Source: Bacteroidota bacterium (lineage in GTDB: Bacteria; Bacteroidota; Ignavibacteria; UBA10030; UBA8401). Taken from it: a stretch of 64,000 nt of DNA. The stretch lies in the NCBI GenBank assembly GCA_049578505.1, contig JBAUMC010000096.1:26693-90692 (forward strand), given 5' to 3'. Position 1 is the first letter of the stretch. Every line of letters starts with the position of its first letter. Below are positions 19,514 through 28,844 of the stretch, piece by piece. The notes under the pieces are model-generated. The model saw nothing but the letters and a program-made list of their open reading frames with translations. It was not told the DNA's origin and ran no database searches. Made by a program: the position numbers and the translations under genes.

Positions 19514-21265
19514 GTGTATACTAGTTTACAAGTTTCCATTGATGGAGCCTCAGGGTTGAATAATTTTTTACAGACTGGATTTCATTTTGTGAAACGTACG
19601 TTCACACAGACGGCCCTTCTCTCAATCTTCCTGTTCGCTGTCGCGGAAGCTTTTCCGGACAGCACAACAACCATATCCCCAATCGTAGCCACAGTCGGCA
19701 GTACTCAGATAAGCTATAAGCAGTTCAAAGACAGGTACGAAGACTACTTGGTATATACCGGCATCAAGGATAACAGGCGGGCACGGTACGCAATTCTTAA
19801 TAACATGATCAACGAGGTTCTGCTTCGTCAGTACGACGACAATTCCAAAGTCTATAGCAATCCGGAATATAAGAAAGAAATTTCGTGGGCACGAAAAGAA
19901 GCTGTGTTAGCGTTTCTGAAAGATCAGGAAGTGTACAAGAAAATAACGGTTAGCGATCAAGAGCTGCGAACGGCGTATCAACGGTCTAAAGTTAAGGTCT
20001 CGGTTCGTCATTTGTTTGCGCCGACGGAGAGCGAGGCGGAAAATCTTTACAGGCTGGTGAAGATGGGAGTGAGTTTCAAAGAACTGGCGAAACAGGTCTT
20101 TTCGGATACGACGTTGAGAAACAACGGAGGTAATCTCGGGTATATCACATGGGGAGAGACAGATCCGAATTTTGAAAGTGCCGCATATTCTCTAAAAATT
20201 GGAGAAGTGTCCCGGCCGGTGAAGACTGCTCAGGGCTACAGTATCATTAAGGTGGACGATAGGATTGAAGACCCGTTCACAACTGAAACGGAATTCCTTA
20301 ACCGAAAGAACAAGCTGGAACGAACATTGAAGATAGACAAGAAGCTCCCTTACGAGAAAGCTTATCTCGGAAGAGTTTTTGACACGACCAAAGTCAAATT
20401 CAATGAGAAGGCGTTGGAAGCTGTTTTTAACGACTTGCAAAATATGGGGAATCATAGTATTGAATCTAATGATCATTTGACAAAAAGCTTTCAATATTGT
20501 GTCCAGTACAATAAGAAGAAGTACTCGGCAAAGGATATAGAAAATAAGATGCTCGAAGTGCCCCAATATAGCCGCAACGTCATGACAAACGTGAAACGCC
20601 TTAAAGATGCTGTTCTTGGATTGCTCATGCAGGATGTACTTTTGGATATTGCGAAAGAAAAAGGGTATGACACGACATCGTATGTTACAGAGACGTTCGA
20701 CAACCTGGCAAACAACATCTACTTAAACTATAAAAGGAATGAAGTTCTCGCTTTGGTTCCGGTCGCGGATTCAGAGATTGCACGGTACTACAAGCAGAAC
20801 ATCGCGCACTATTCCAATGAACCAGAAATGAATGTGCAAGAAATTGTCGTCGAGAGTGATTCTCTTGCTTCCACGGTAAGGGAAAAAATCGAGCTCGGCG
20901 AAGATTTTGGATCGCTTGCCGTGAAATACTCGCTGAGAACTTGGAGTGCGAAGAACGAAGGCATTATGGGGCTCTCTCCTGTATCAAATTACGGAGAATT
21001 GAAGGATACGCTGTGGAGTTCCGACGTTGGGAAGGTTATCGGTCCCCTGGCATTTGACAAGTACTTTGGTATTTTCCGCGTTCTGGATAAGAAAAATGGA
21101 GATCCGATTGACATCAGTGCCGTGCGTCCTCAGATAGTGAAAGCTATTGAAAATGAAAAGGGATTCCCTTATATGAAGAGGCGCCTGGAAGGTCTTTCAA
21201 AACTCACGACGATCAAAGTGTACGACGATCTTGTTAAAAACTATACCATGAATTTACCCGGCTAG
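19514..21265 (+). CDS. SurA/PpiD-like peptidyl-prolyl isomerase (parvulin domains)
   Basis: Contains VRHLFAPTESEAENLY...GGNLGYITWGETDPNFESAAYSLKIGEVSRPVKTAQGYSIIKV and a second PpiC-like domain near the C-terminus. The start is uncertain; GTG 19589 would give a clean signal peptide. Confidence 0.8.
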   Translation: MYTSLQVSIDGASGLNNFLQTGFHFVKRTFTQTALLSIFLFAVAEAFPDSTTTISPIVATVGSTQISYKQFKDRYEDYLVYTGIKDNRRARYAILNNMINEVLLRQYDDNSKVYSNPEYKKEISWARKEAVLAFLKDQEVYKKITVSDQELRTAYQRSKVKVSVRHLFAPTESEAENLYRLVKMGVSFKELAKQVFSDTTLRNNGGNLGYITWGETDPNFESAAYSLKIGEVSRPVKTAQGYSIIKVDDRIEDPFTTETEFLNRKNKLERTLKIDKKLPYEKAYLGRVFDTTKVKFNEKALEAVFNDLQNMGNHSIESNDHLTKSFQYCVQYNKKKYSAKDIENKMLEVPQYSRNVMTNVKRLKDAVLGLLMQDVLLDIAKEKGYDTTSYVTETFDNLANNIYLNYKRNEVLALVPVADSEIARYYKQNIAHYSNEPEMNVQEIVVESDSLASTVREKIELGEDFGSLAVKYSLRTWSAKNEGIMGLSPVSNYGELKDTLWSSDVGKVIGPLAFDKYFGIFRVLDKKNGDPIDISAVRPQIVKAIENEKGFPYMKRRLEGLSKLTTIKVYDDLVKNYTMNLPG

Positions 21266-21295
21266 CACTATGTCCGAAAATTTCTGGAGAAATTT

Positions 21296-23980
21296 ATGAG
21301 AAAATTTTTACAACTTCTTTTTCTCTTTCTGCTATTTATCTCTCACAATGCATTTGCAGGCACTACCGGTAAACTGGCGGGCAAAGTGACAGATGCCGCT
21401 ACAAAAGAGGCCTTGCCATTTTGCAATATTGTCGTTGTTGGCACGTCGCTCGGCACCGTGGCTGATCTCGACGGTAACTTCGTGATCCTGAATATCCCGC
21501 CCGGTAATTATTCTGTGCGGGCGCAGTATATTGGATATCAGCCCGTCGTTGTCGAAAATGTTTCTGTTTCCATTGACCTTACGTCGAGCCTCGATTTTTC
21601 GCTTAACCCATCCACTGTTGAACTTCAAGCCGTCGTTGTTGAAGGAAAAGTGGACGCGGTAAAGAAAGACATTACCTCTTCCCAAACTATGGTTTCGGCC
21701 GAACAGATCAGCGCACTTCCGGTTACGGAATTTGACGATGTTTTGGGGCTCCAGGCCGGCGTCACTAAAGACGCAAGCGGAGGATTTCATATACGCGGAG
21801 GACGATCATCCGAAATTGCTTATCAGGTCAATGGAATTTCCATTACAGATCCTTACGATAACAGCCGTGGCATCGACCTCGACAACAGCAGCATACAGGA
21901 ACTCCAGGTTATAAGCGGTACCTTTAATGCCGAATACGGAAATGCGATGTCGGGCATTGTCAACACGGTGACAAAAGAAGGAGGGAGAGATTATCACGCT
22001 TCTCTTGATGTATACGGAAGTGATTACGCAAGTAATTTTACGTCATATTTCCCGAACGTCGACCGCTATAATCCGGGTGGTAATTACCAAGGAAGCTTGA
22101 GCGGGCCGCTACCGCTTTCCAACGGTCTGATCACGTTTTTCGCCAATGGCAGGTATGTGTATGACCCCGGTTACCTCTACGGTTATGATGATTACAATAT
22201 TGACGGCTCGACTGGGAACGGACAACCAGTGGCTATGAACTGGAGTAGGAGATGGCTCGGTCAAGCGAACATCGCCTACGAATTTATTAAGAACCTAAAA
22301 ATCAATACGGAGTTGTTGTATTCAAAAGATAATTATCAAGACTTTAACAGCGGCACATATGGCTGGAAACTTGAACCGGGGGGAAATCCCTTTAAGTATG
22401 CGCAAAGTTATGATGGAACTTTTACTGTGAATCATGTATTGTCTTCCGGCACTTTCTATACTTTCAGAACCAACTACTTCTATAAAACTTTCAACCAATA
22501 CCTTTTCCCAAGTGCGACCGATCCGAGATATTTATCCCCGGACTCTTTGAATACAGTCTCGTATGCTTTTCATAAAACAGGAACTGATCTCGAACGGTTT
22601 TTTAGAGAGACTCAGTCGTACACAGCGAAGCTAGATTTTTCTAGCCAGGTAAGCGAAGGTCATTTACTGCAGTTTGGAGCTGAGGGGCAAATGCATCGGC
22701 TACAATTTGATGATTATACCTTGCAGCCCCTTACGGTGAACGGAGTCACCGTTGTGCCGTTCGTCCCATCAGTTCCGGATCCGACGTCGATCAATAGAAA
22801 TCTCTATGATGCAAAACCGAATGAGTTCGCCGGTTATGTTCAGGATAAAATCGAGTACAAGGACGTCATCATCAACATTGGGTTGCGTTTCGATTATTTT
22901 AACTCCGAAGGTCAAGTTCTCGTTGATCCGGAAGATCCAAACATCAACATTCCATTGCGACCGGGGTTGGATTCATTGACATTGGCTCAGCGAGAACCAT
23001 ATTTTTACAAAAATGCCACGCCGAAATCGCAATTAAGCCCACGGTTTGGCATCTCATATCCGATCAGCGTGAACGGGGTTGTTCACTTTTCGTACGGACA
23101 CTTTCTCCAAATTCCAACCTTTCAGTATTTGTACAACGGGGGAGCTTATAAAGTGCCCGAAACTGGGAGCACTACTTCTCCATTTGGGAATCCCGATCTG
23201 CAGCCGCAACGGACGATCATGTATGAAATCGGATTTCGGCAGCAATTTATGGATGACTTTGTCGTCGATGCGACCGGTTTCTATCGAGACATCAGGGATT
23301 GGATCACTTCAGGTATTCCCATAGGAACGCTAAATGGGGTGACCTATGCGGTGTATACGAACAGAGATTATTCCAACGTGAGAGGCATAACAATTAATCT
23401 GTCCAAGAGATTTTCAAACCATTATTCAATTGATTTAAATTATACCTATCAAGTTGCGGAAGGAAGCAATTCTAATCCTGATGATGCATTTAATGCTGCA
23501 CTGAATAATCAGTCGCCGGTAATATTTCTCTCCCCCTTGGATTGGGATCAACGGCATAACCTCAATCTGAACATTATGGTTGGAGACAATGGATGGAATG
23601 TAAGTCTACTGACAAAGTACGGGACCGGTTTGCCGTATACTCCTACTGTGACTCAGGCTACCGCAGACCGCGGCCTCAGTACCGGTTTTGAGCCAAACAT
23701 ATTGAACCTCCCTCCTCAGTTTGATAACGATCTCTACGTGAATAAGACATTTGGATTCCTTGGCTCTAATTTCACGTTGTATGTGAAAGTATTTAATTTA
23801 TTCGATGCACGAAATATAGTGAATGTTTTTGGTGATACCGGAGAGCCTAACTTTACCACGTCGGTGGAAAATGTGGGTCCGGATCCGGCGCGTCCTAATA
23901 CTGTGGCAGACTATATACGTTATCCCTGGTTTTATGCGGCGCCTAGGTCAGTTCAAACAGGTGTTGAACTTTCATTTTAA
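21296..23980 (+). CDS. TonB-dependent receptor with an N-terminal carboxypeptidase-regulatory-like domain
   Basis: Signal peptide, GKLAGKVTD...PFCNIVV (CarboxypepD_reg), a plug region, a long beta-barrel, and a terminal aromatic residue (GVELSF). Confidence 0.88.
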   Translation: MRKFLQLLFLFLLFISHNAFAGTTGKLAGKVTDAATKEALPFCNIVVVGTSLGTVADLDGNFVILNIPPGNYSVRAQYIGYQPVVVENVSVSIDLTSSLDFSLNPSTVELQAVVVEGKVDAVKKDITSSQTMVSAEQISALPVTEFDDVLGLQAGVTKDASGGFHIRGGRSSEIAYQVNGISITDPYDNSRGIDLDNSSIQELQVISGTFNAEYGNAMSGIVNTVTKEGGRDYHASLDVYGSDYASNFTSYFPNVDRYNPGGNYQGSLSGPLPLSNGLITFFANGRYVYDPGYLYGYDDYNIDGSTGNGQPVAMNWSRRWLGQANIAYEFIKNLKINTELLYSKDNYQDFNSGTYGWKLEPGGNPFKYAQSYDGTFTVNHVLSSGTFYTFRTNYFYKTFNQYLFPSATDPRYLSPDSLNTVSYAFHKTGTDLERFFRETQSYTAKLDFSSQVSEGHLLQFGAEGQMHRLQFDDYTLQPLTVNGVTVVPFVPSVPDPTSINRNLYDAKPNEFAGYVQDKIEYKDVIINIGLRFDYFNSEGQVLVDPEDPNINIPLRPGLDSLTLAQREPYFYKNATPKSQLSPRFGISYPISVNGVVHFSYGHFLQIPTFQYLYNGGAYKVPETGSTTSPFGNPDLQPQRTIMYEIGFRQQFMDDFVVDATGFYRDIRDWITSGIPIGTLNGVTYAVYTNRDYSNVRGITINLSKRFSNHYSIDLNYTYQVAEGSNSNPDDAFNAALNNQSPVIFLSPLDWDQRHNLNLNIMVGDNGWNVSLLTKYGTGLPYTPTVTQATADRGLSTGFEPNILNLPPQFDNDLYVNKTFGFLGSNFTLYVKVFNLFDARNIVNVFGDTGEPNFTTSVENVGPDPARPNTVADYIRYPWFYAAPRSVQTGVELSF

Positions 23981-24006
23981 GTTTTATGCTTCGGAGGATG
24001 AACGTA

Positions 24007-27000
24007 ATGAATAAAATCCTGAACTCTCTTCTTCAAGTTGTGATCGTGCTCTTTTTATTCCAGAGCAGGCTTTTGTCGCAATATGGGGTCCCGGTTCCTG
24101 GCCATGTTCCAAGTAAAGAGAGGGGTAATCCGGCGGTTCGCACCCATACCCAACTGGAAGGTAACAGGGTACGAACCTCTATCTTTAATTTTACGCTTAC
24201 GGGAAGAGAAAACGGAAACTTTCCAATCAGCGTGGAAACACCGTACGAATGGCCCAAAAATACGGGAGAAGTATATCTGGCATTAAGTGGATTGATCCTC
24301 GGTGCCGAAGTAACTGACAGCAAAGGTGTTCTACAGCATGTCATAGAAGTCCCGGATTACCGTACTTCTCCTACAGGATCCAGCTGGAATTTGGAGCCGA
24401 TTCCGGGGTATGCAAACCCCAATGCAAACAGTTTAGCGAATAGCCTCGACCCTAGTACTTGGCCGGCGTTTTGGCCCGATAAAATGTCTGACCCGATGGA
24501 CCCAGGCTGGAAAGGGGAGTGGAACGGATATTTCGGCAAAAATATTTTCAACGCAGATCAGGAACTGTTTGCAAAATGTTCCGATGATCGCTACAGTCGG
24601 TACGTCGATTATTATCCGGATACAACCGACCTTACGAGAAAAGGATTGGGAATTATTATCGATCAACGAAGTTTGGCGTGGTCGCAGATATTAATACAGG
24701 ATGATATATTCCTCCTTTATACGTTGAGGAATGACGGAACGAAAGATATCCCTAAATTGGGTGTGACTATTTGGTTTGCAGACTTTGTCGGCGGAAACGG
24801 AGATTCTCAGGATGACATTGCGGACTTTGACATTCTTAACAGATTCCTTTGGTCGAAAGATTCCGACAATAGAGCTCCAACCTTCGGCAACGATCCTGTT
24901 GGTGCAGTTGCCCTTTGCTTCTTGGAAACCCCCGGCAACTCTATCGACAGAATCGACAACGACGGTGATGGCGAGTCGGGTGGCCCTCCTGTGACCGAAG
25001 ATATGTTACAAGGTGAAATACCGGGTAACGGTATTGACGACAATGGTAATGGGTTGATCGACGAGAGTGAAACCGACGTTGCTTTTGGAACGCAAGTTGG
25101 CACCACGTACGCTAATGGTATAGATGATAACAATAACGGTGAAACAGGGAGCCCTGTCATTACCCAGGCAATGATTGATGCAGCTGCGACTGATGTTAAC
25201 ATCGATGGGTCCGGGAACACGCATCATTGGCACCGCTGGCCCCCGAATCCCGAGACTGATTCGATTCAACAAGGCCAGATTTGGCTCATCGGTGTTACCC
25301 AGCAAGACCTTGGGAAAAAATATAAAGACAATATCGATAACAATGGTAATAGCCCCACCATTAGTTACAATAATTTACCGCCAGTCACGCAAGGGATGAT
25401 CGATACAGCAGCGCATGATTTATGGCATCGCTACAAAGTGCCGGGTACACATGTAATTCTTTATAGCCTTGATCAATCTTCCCTCGGCAAACCGTACTTA
25501 AATAAAGATGGTTTACGCGACGGGGGTGTCGACGAAAATATCGATGAAATGATCGACGAATCCCGCACCGACAAAGTGGATAATGACGGTGATTGGAATC
25601 CCCTTACGGACGACGTCGGAATCGACGGAGTTGCCGGCACACATGACTTTGGAGAAGGAGACGGAAAACCGACATCGGGTGTCGGCACCGGCGAGCCGGG
25701 TGAGCCACATATTGATCTTACAGACGTCAAAGAGACCGATCAAATTGGAATTACGAGCGCGTTTAGACTTCCGGCCGGTTCGACGCCTCTTAACAGCGAC
25801 GCAACGATGTGGTTCGATTTTATGCAGCCCGGAACATATTTTGATCCCGCCTCAGTGGTTGCGGGCGACTATGATGTATTTGCCTCTTCATGTCTTTTCC
25901 CAATGCCGGCCGGAGACGTACAGCCCTTTTCGATGGCAATCATTTTGGCAAATGGACCTGTGAACGATCCGGGATGGGCAGTTAGAAAAAGTCAAATACT
26001 ATTAAAAAGAGGGAGAGCTCAGCAGACGTACGAAAATAATTACCGCTTCGCGATGGCGCCGCCGGCTCCTCTCGTTACAGCAGTACCGGGAAATAATAGA
26101 GTAACGCTCTATTGGGATGATGCGGCAGAAAATTTCTTCGACCAGTTCACCGCTAATATCGGAGGCGATGGTCATGCTTTTGAAGGATATCGAGTCTATC
26201 GGTCGTCCGATCCAGCATTCCAAGACGCGCTAACTATCACTGATGGCCAGGGAACGCCCCAATTCATGTCGCCCCTTGCCGTTTATGATCTCAAAGATGG
26301 AATTATGGGTTACGACTCGGTCGGAATAAACGGAATCCATTACTTTTTAGGGAACGATTCCGGTCTTCAGCATTCTTTTGTTGATTCAACTGCTGTCAAT
26401 GGTTTCACTTATTACTATGCAGTTGTATCGTACAGCAAAGGTTTCGCATCTGGCGGTATACTTCCTGCGGAGAGCCCGATTCGAGTCAATCTTAACTCAG
26501 ACGGAAGCGTAACGTTGGGAAAGAACGTTGCACGGTTAGTCCCGGAAGCGACAGCGGCGGGGTATGTCAATTCAACCCTCGGGAATATTAGTTTGGTTCA
26601 GGGTGCAACGACAAGCACGGTAAGTTATACAATAGTTGACCCGGCCTCAGTAAAGAGCGGGCATAAATACATTTTGACTTTTCAGGACACCTTGATCGTT
26701 AACCCCGGGGTTCCGGATACCCTGACCACAAAGAATTACACGCTGTATGATTCCACCGGCGGCAGAACACTTGAATATCAAAATGCCTATTTCGACTCCA
26801 TTTATGAACAACCGATTTTGGACGGCTTTAGACTCAAATTTAACAATGCGACTTCCGTTCAGTTGGATACCGCTCATTCCAGATGGAACGATCCGAACGT
26901 CCCTGCGTTTGTGTTCACGAAATTCGTTGCTCCGGGAGGACTGAGTGGAGAACTTCGCCCCGATGACTACAAGGTCTTCTTTGGCAATGTTGGAGTTGAT

Positions 27001-27690
27001 ACTTCGGTTGCATTTACGTACGCAGGGGTTAGTTTCCCTCCTGAACCTGTGAATTTCAAAGTCTTAAATACTACTACCAATACGTATGTCACTTTTGGTT
27101 TCATTGATCTCCTTAAGTCGACCGCGCCAGGAAAGCTTTCAGCCAGCGGCTCCTCCAAAGATAGAATTGTTTTCCTTGAGCCGAACTCGAAAGATTCGTT
27201 AGTCACGACGTGGTGGTTCTATCTTTCTGCCGGGCCCGATACAACTCAACATCAAACAATACCGATGCCGGGAGACACTGCGTATATAAAGCTCATCAAA
27301 CCGTTCTTGTCCAATGATGAGTTTAGCTTCACCTCGGCAATTCAACACGTTGACGCCGGCCTTGCCAAGGCACAGCTCAACAACATCAGGGTAGTTCCAA
27401 ATCCTTACCTAGGCGCTGCTCAATGGGAAGTGAAGAATCCGTATACCACGGGCAGAGGAGCGAGGTCGCTTCATTTTACCCATCTCCCCGCTCAATGCAC
27501 AATCAGGATTTTCACCGTTGACGGTGAGCTTGTCAATACAATTGTGCATAATAGTACGATCGATGACGGAACGGAAGATTGGAACATGCTCTCGCAAGAT
27601 AATTTATCTATAGCATATGGAGTCTATATTTATCACGTCGACGCCCCTGGCATCGGCAAAACGATTGGTAAGTTCGCGGTTATAAAATAG
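24007..27690 (+). CDS. Large secreted protein with D/N-rich Ca-binding-type repeats, an FN3-like segment and a divergent CTD-like C-terminus; function unknown
   Basis: Signal peptide MNKILNSLLQVVIVLFLFQSRLLSQ. Repeats IDNDGDGESGGPPVTEDML, GIDDNNNGETGSPVITQAMIDAA, NIDNNGNS..PPVTQGMIDTA and VDNDGDWNPLTDDVGIDG. The C-terminus reads VVPNPY...IRIFTVDGELV...GVYIYHV...GKFAVIK. Alternative starts at 23986 and 23998. Confidence 0.7.
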   Translation: MNKILNSLLQVVIVLFLFQSRLLSQYGVPVPGHVPSKERGNPAVRTHTQLEGNRVRTSIFNFTLTGRENGNFPISVETPYEWPKNTGEVYLALSGLILGAEVTDSKGVLQHVIEVPDYRTSPTGSSWNLEPIPGYANPNANSLANSLDPSTWPAFWPDKMSDPMDPGWKGEWNGYFGKNIFNADQELFAKCSDDRYSRYVDYYPDTTDLTRKGLGIIIDQRSLAWSQILIQDDIFLLYTLRNDGTKDIPKLGVTIWFADFVGGNGDSQDDIADFDILNRFLWSKDSDNRAPTFGNDPVGAVALCFLETPGNSIDRIDNDGDGESGGPPVTEDMLQGEIPGNGIDDNGNGLIDESETDVAFGTQVGTTYANGIDDNNNGETGSPVITQAMIDAAATDVNIDGSGNTHHWHRWPPNPETDSIQQGQIWLIGVTQQDLGKKYKDNIDNNGNSPTISYNNLPPVTQGMIDTAAHDLWHRYKVPGTHVILYSLDQSSLGKPYLNKDGLRDGGVDENIDEMIDESRTDKVDNDGDWNPLTDDVGIDGVAGTHDFGEGDGKPTSGVGTGEPGEPHIDLTDVKETDQIGITSAFRLPAGSTPLNSDATMWFDFMQPGTYFDPASVVAGDYDVFASSCLFPMPAGDVQPFSMAIILANGPVNDPGWAVRKSQILLKRGRAQQTYENNYRFAMAPPAPLVTAVPGNNRVTLYWDDAAENFFDQFTANIGGDGHAFEGYRVYRSSDPAFQDALTITDGQGTPQFMSPLAVYDLKDGIMGYDSVGINGIHYFLGNDSGLQHSFVDSTAVNGFTYYYAVVSYSKGFASGGILPAESPIRVNLNSDGSVTLGKNVARLVPEATAAGYVNSTLGNISLVQGATTSTVSYTIVDPASVKSGHKYILTFQDTLIVNPGVPDTLTTKNYTLYDSTGGRTLEYQNAYFDSIYEQPILDGFRLKFNNATSVQLDTAHSRWNDPNVPAFVFTKFVAPGGLSGELRPDDYKVFFGNVGVDTSVAFTYAGVSFPPEPVNFKVLNTTTNTYVTFGFIDLLKSTAPGKLSASGSSKDRIVFLEPNSKDSLVTTWWFYLSAGPDTTQHQTIPMPGDTAYIKLIKPFLSNDEFSFTSAIQHVDAGLAKAQLNNIRVVPNPYLGAAQWEVKNPYTTGRGARSLHFTHLPAQCTIRIFTVDGELVNTIVHNSTIDDGTEDWNMLSQDNLSIAYGVYIYHVDAPGIGKTIGKFAVIK

Positions 27691-27743
27691 AGACATAGTG
27701 CTCAATTGAATAAATCAGATGAAATTTATTTTGGGAGCCTAAC

Positions 27744-28769
27744 GTGCTAAAAAAATATATTTGGACGATGACGGCCGCTTTATCTCTGCTGTCTGCTGCT
27801 TTGAACGCCCAGGATATAACCAAAACCGGGACCACGGCAGCAAAGTTCTTAAGTCTGGGTATTGGTCCCAGGGCGAACGCTATGGGGGGAGCATACACCG
27901 CGGTCGCCGATGATCCAACCTCGCTCTACTGGAATCCTGCCGGGATTGCGTCTGTTGATCAGTATGAGGCTCTGTTTACGTTCACCAATTTGTTTGCGGG
28001 GATCAATCTTGATTATTTCGGAATGGTCATACCCGCGGGCGATGCAGGGAACTTTGCATTGAACTTTACCGCCGTCAATTATGGCTCGATAGGCGTAACG
28101 ACAGAACAACAACCCGACGGCACGGGCGAAACATTCACTCCGGCCAGTTACGAATTTGGTGGGTCATATGCCAGAAATATCACCCAGGATTTTGCTGTCG
28201 GTGCTACCGCAAAATTAGTCACGGAAAATATTTATAATTCAAACGCTACGGGTTTTGCGTTCGATATTGGCACAAAATTTACGACTCCGTTTTATGGTGT
28301 AAAGTTTGCAAGTTGCATAACGAATTTTGGAACAAAAATGCAGATGTCGGGGAGCGATCTTCTGATCCGCTACAATGTCGACCCTGCGCGAGCGGGGAGC
28401 AATAATACGACTGATGCGAACATTGCGACCGATCAATTCGACCTTCCTTTACGGCTTCAGATTGGATTGGCGAGGGATTTCATGTTTCTGGATAACCAGA
28501 GATTAACACTCGCCGTTGACGGAGTTGTACCTAACGATAACAATGAATCGGTCAACGTGGGGGGAGAGTTAGCGTTGTTTGACAATGTCGTTTTTCTCCG
28601 CGGCGGCTATAAATCATTGTTCCTGAAGAATACTCAGGAAGGATTGACCCTGGGTGTTGGTCTCAAATACCAAAGGGCCGGATATATCGATATTGGGATT
28701 GATTATTCATACCAACAGTACACTTATTTGGGGAATGTAAACAGCTTTGGCGTGATCTTGAACTTTTAA
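27744..28769 (+). CDS. PorV/PorQ-family outer-membrane beta-barrel protein
   Basis: Signal peptide, then TAAKFLSLGIGPRANAMGGAYTAVADDPTSLYWNPAGIA, an alternating beta-strand pattern, and a terminal F. Confidence 0.65.
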   Translation: MLKKYIWTMTAALSLLSAALNAQDITKTGTTAAKFLSLGIGPRANAMGGAYTAVADDPTSLYWNPAGIASVDQYEALFTFTNLFAGINLDYFGMVIPAGDAGNFALNFTAVNYGSIGVTTEQQPDGTGETFTPASYEFGGSYARNITQDFAVGATAKLVTENIYNSNATGFAFDIGTKFTTPFYGVKFASCITNFGTKMQMSGSDLLIRYNVDPARAGSNNTTDANIATDQFDLPLRLQIGLARDFMFLDNQRLTLAVDGVVPNDNNESVNVGGELALFDNVVFLRGGYKSLFLKNTQEGLTLGVGLKYQRAGYIDIGIDYSYQQYTYLGNVNSFGVILNF

Positions 28770-28844
28770 CACTAAACAACTCTCTCTGTTATTTTTTTTA
28801 CAGAGGGAATTTTAAACATCACATAAATAAAAGGAGTACCACAA

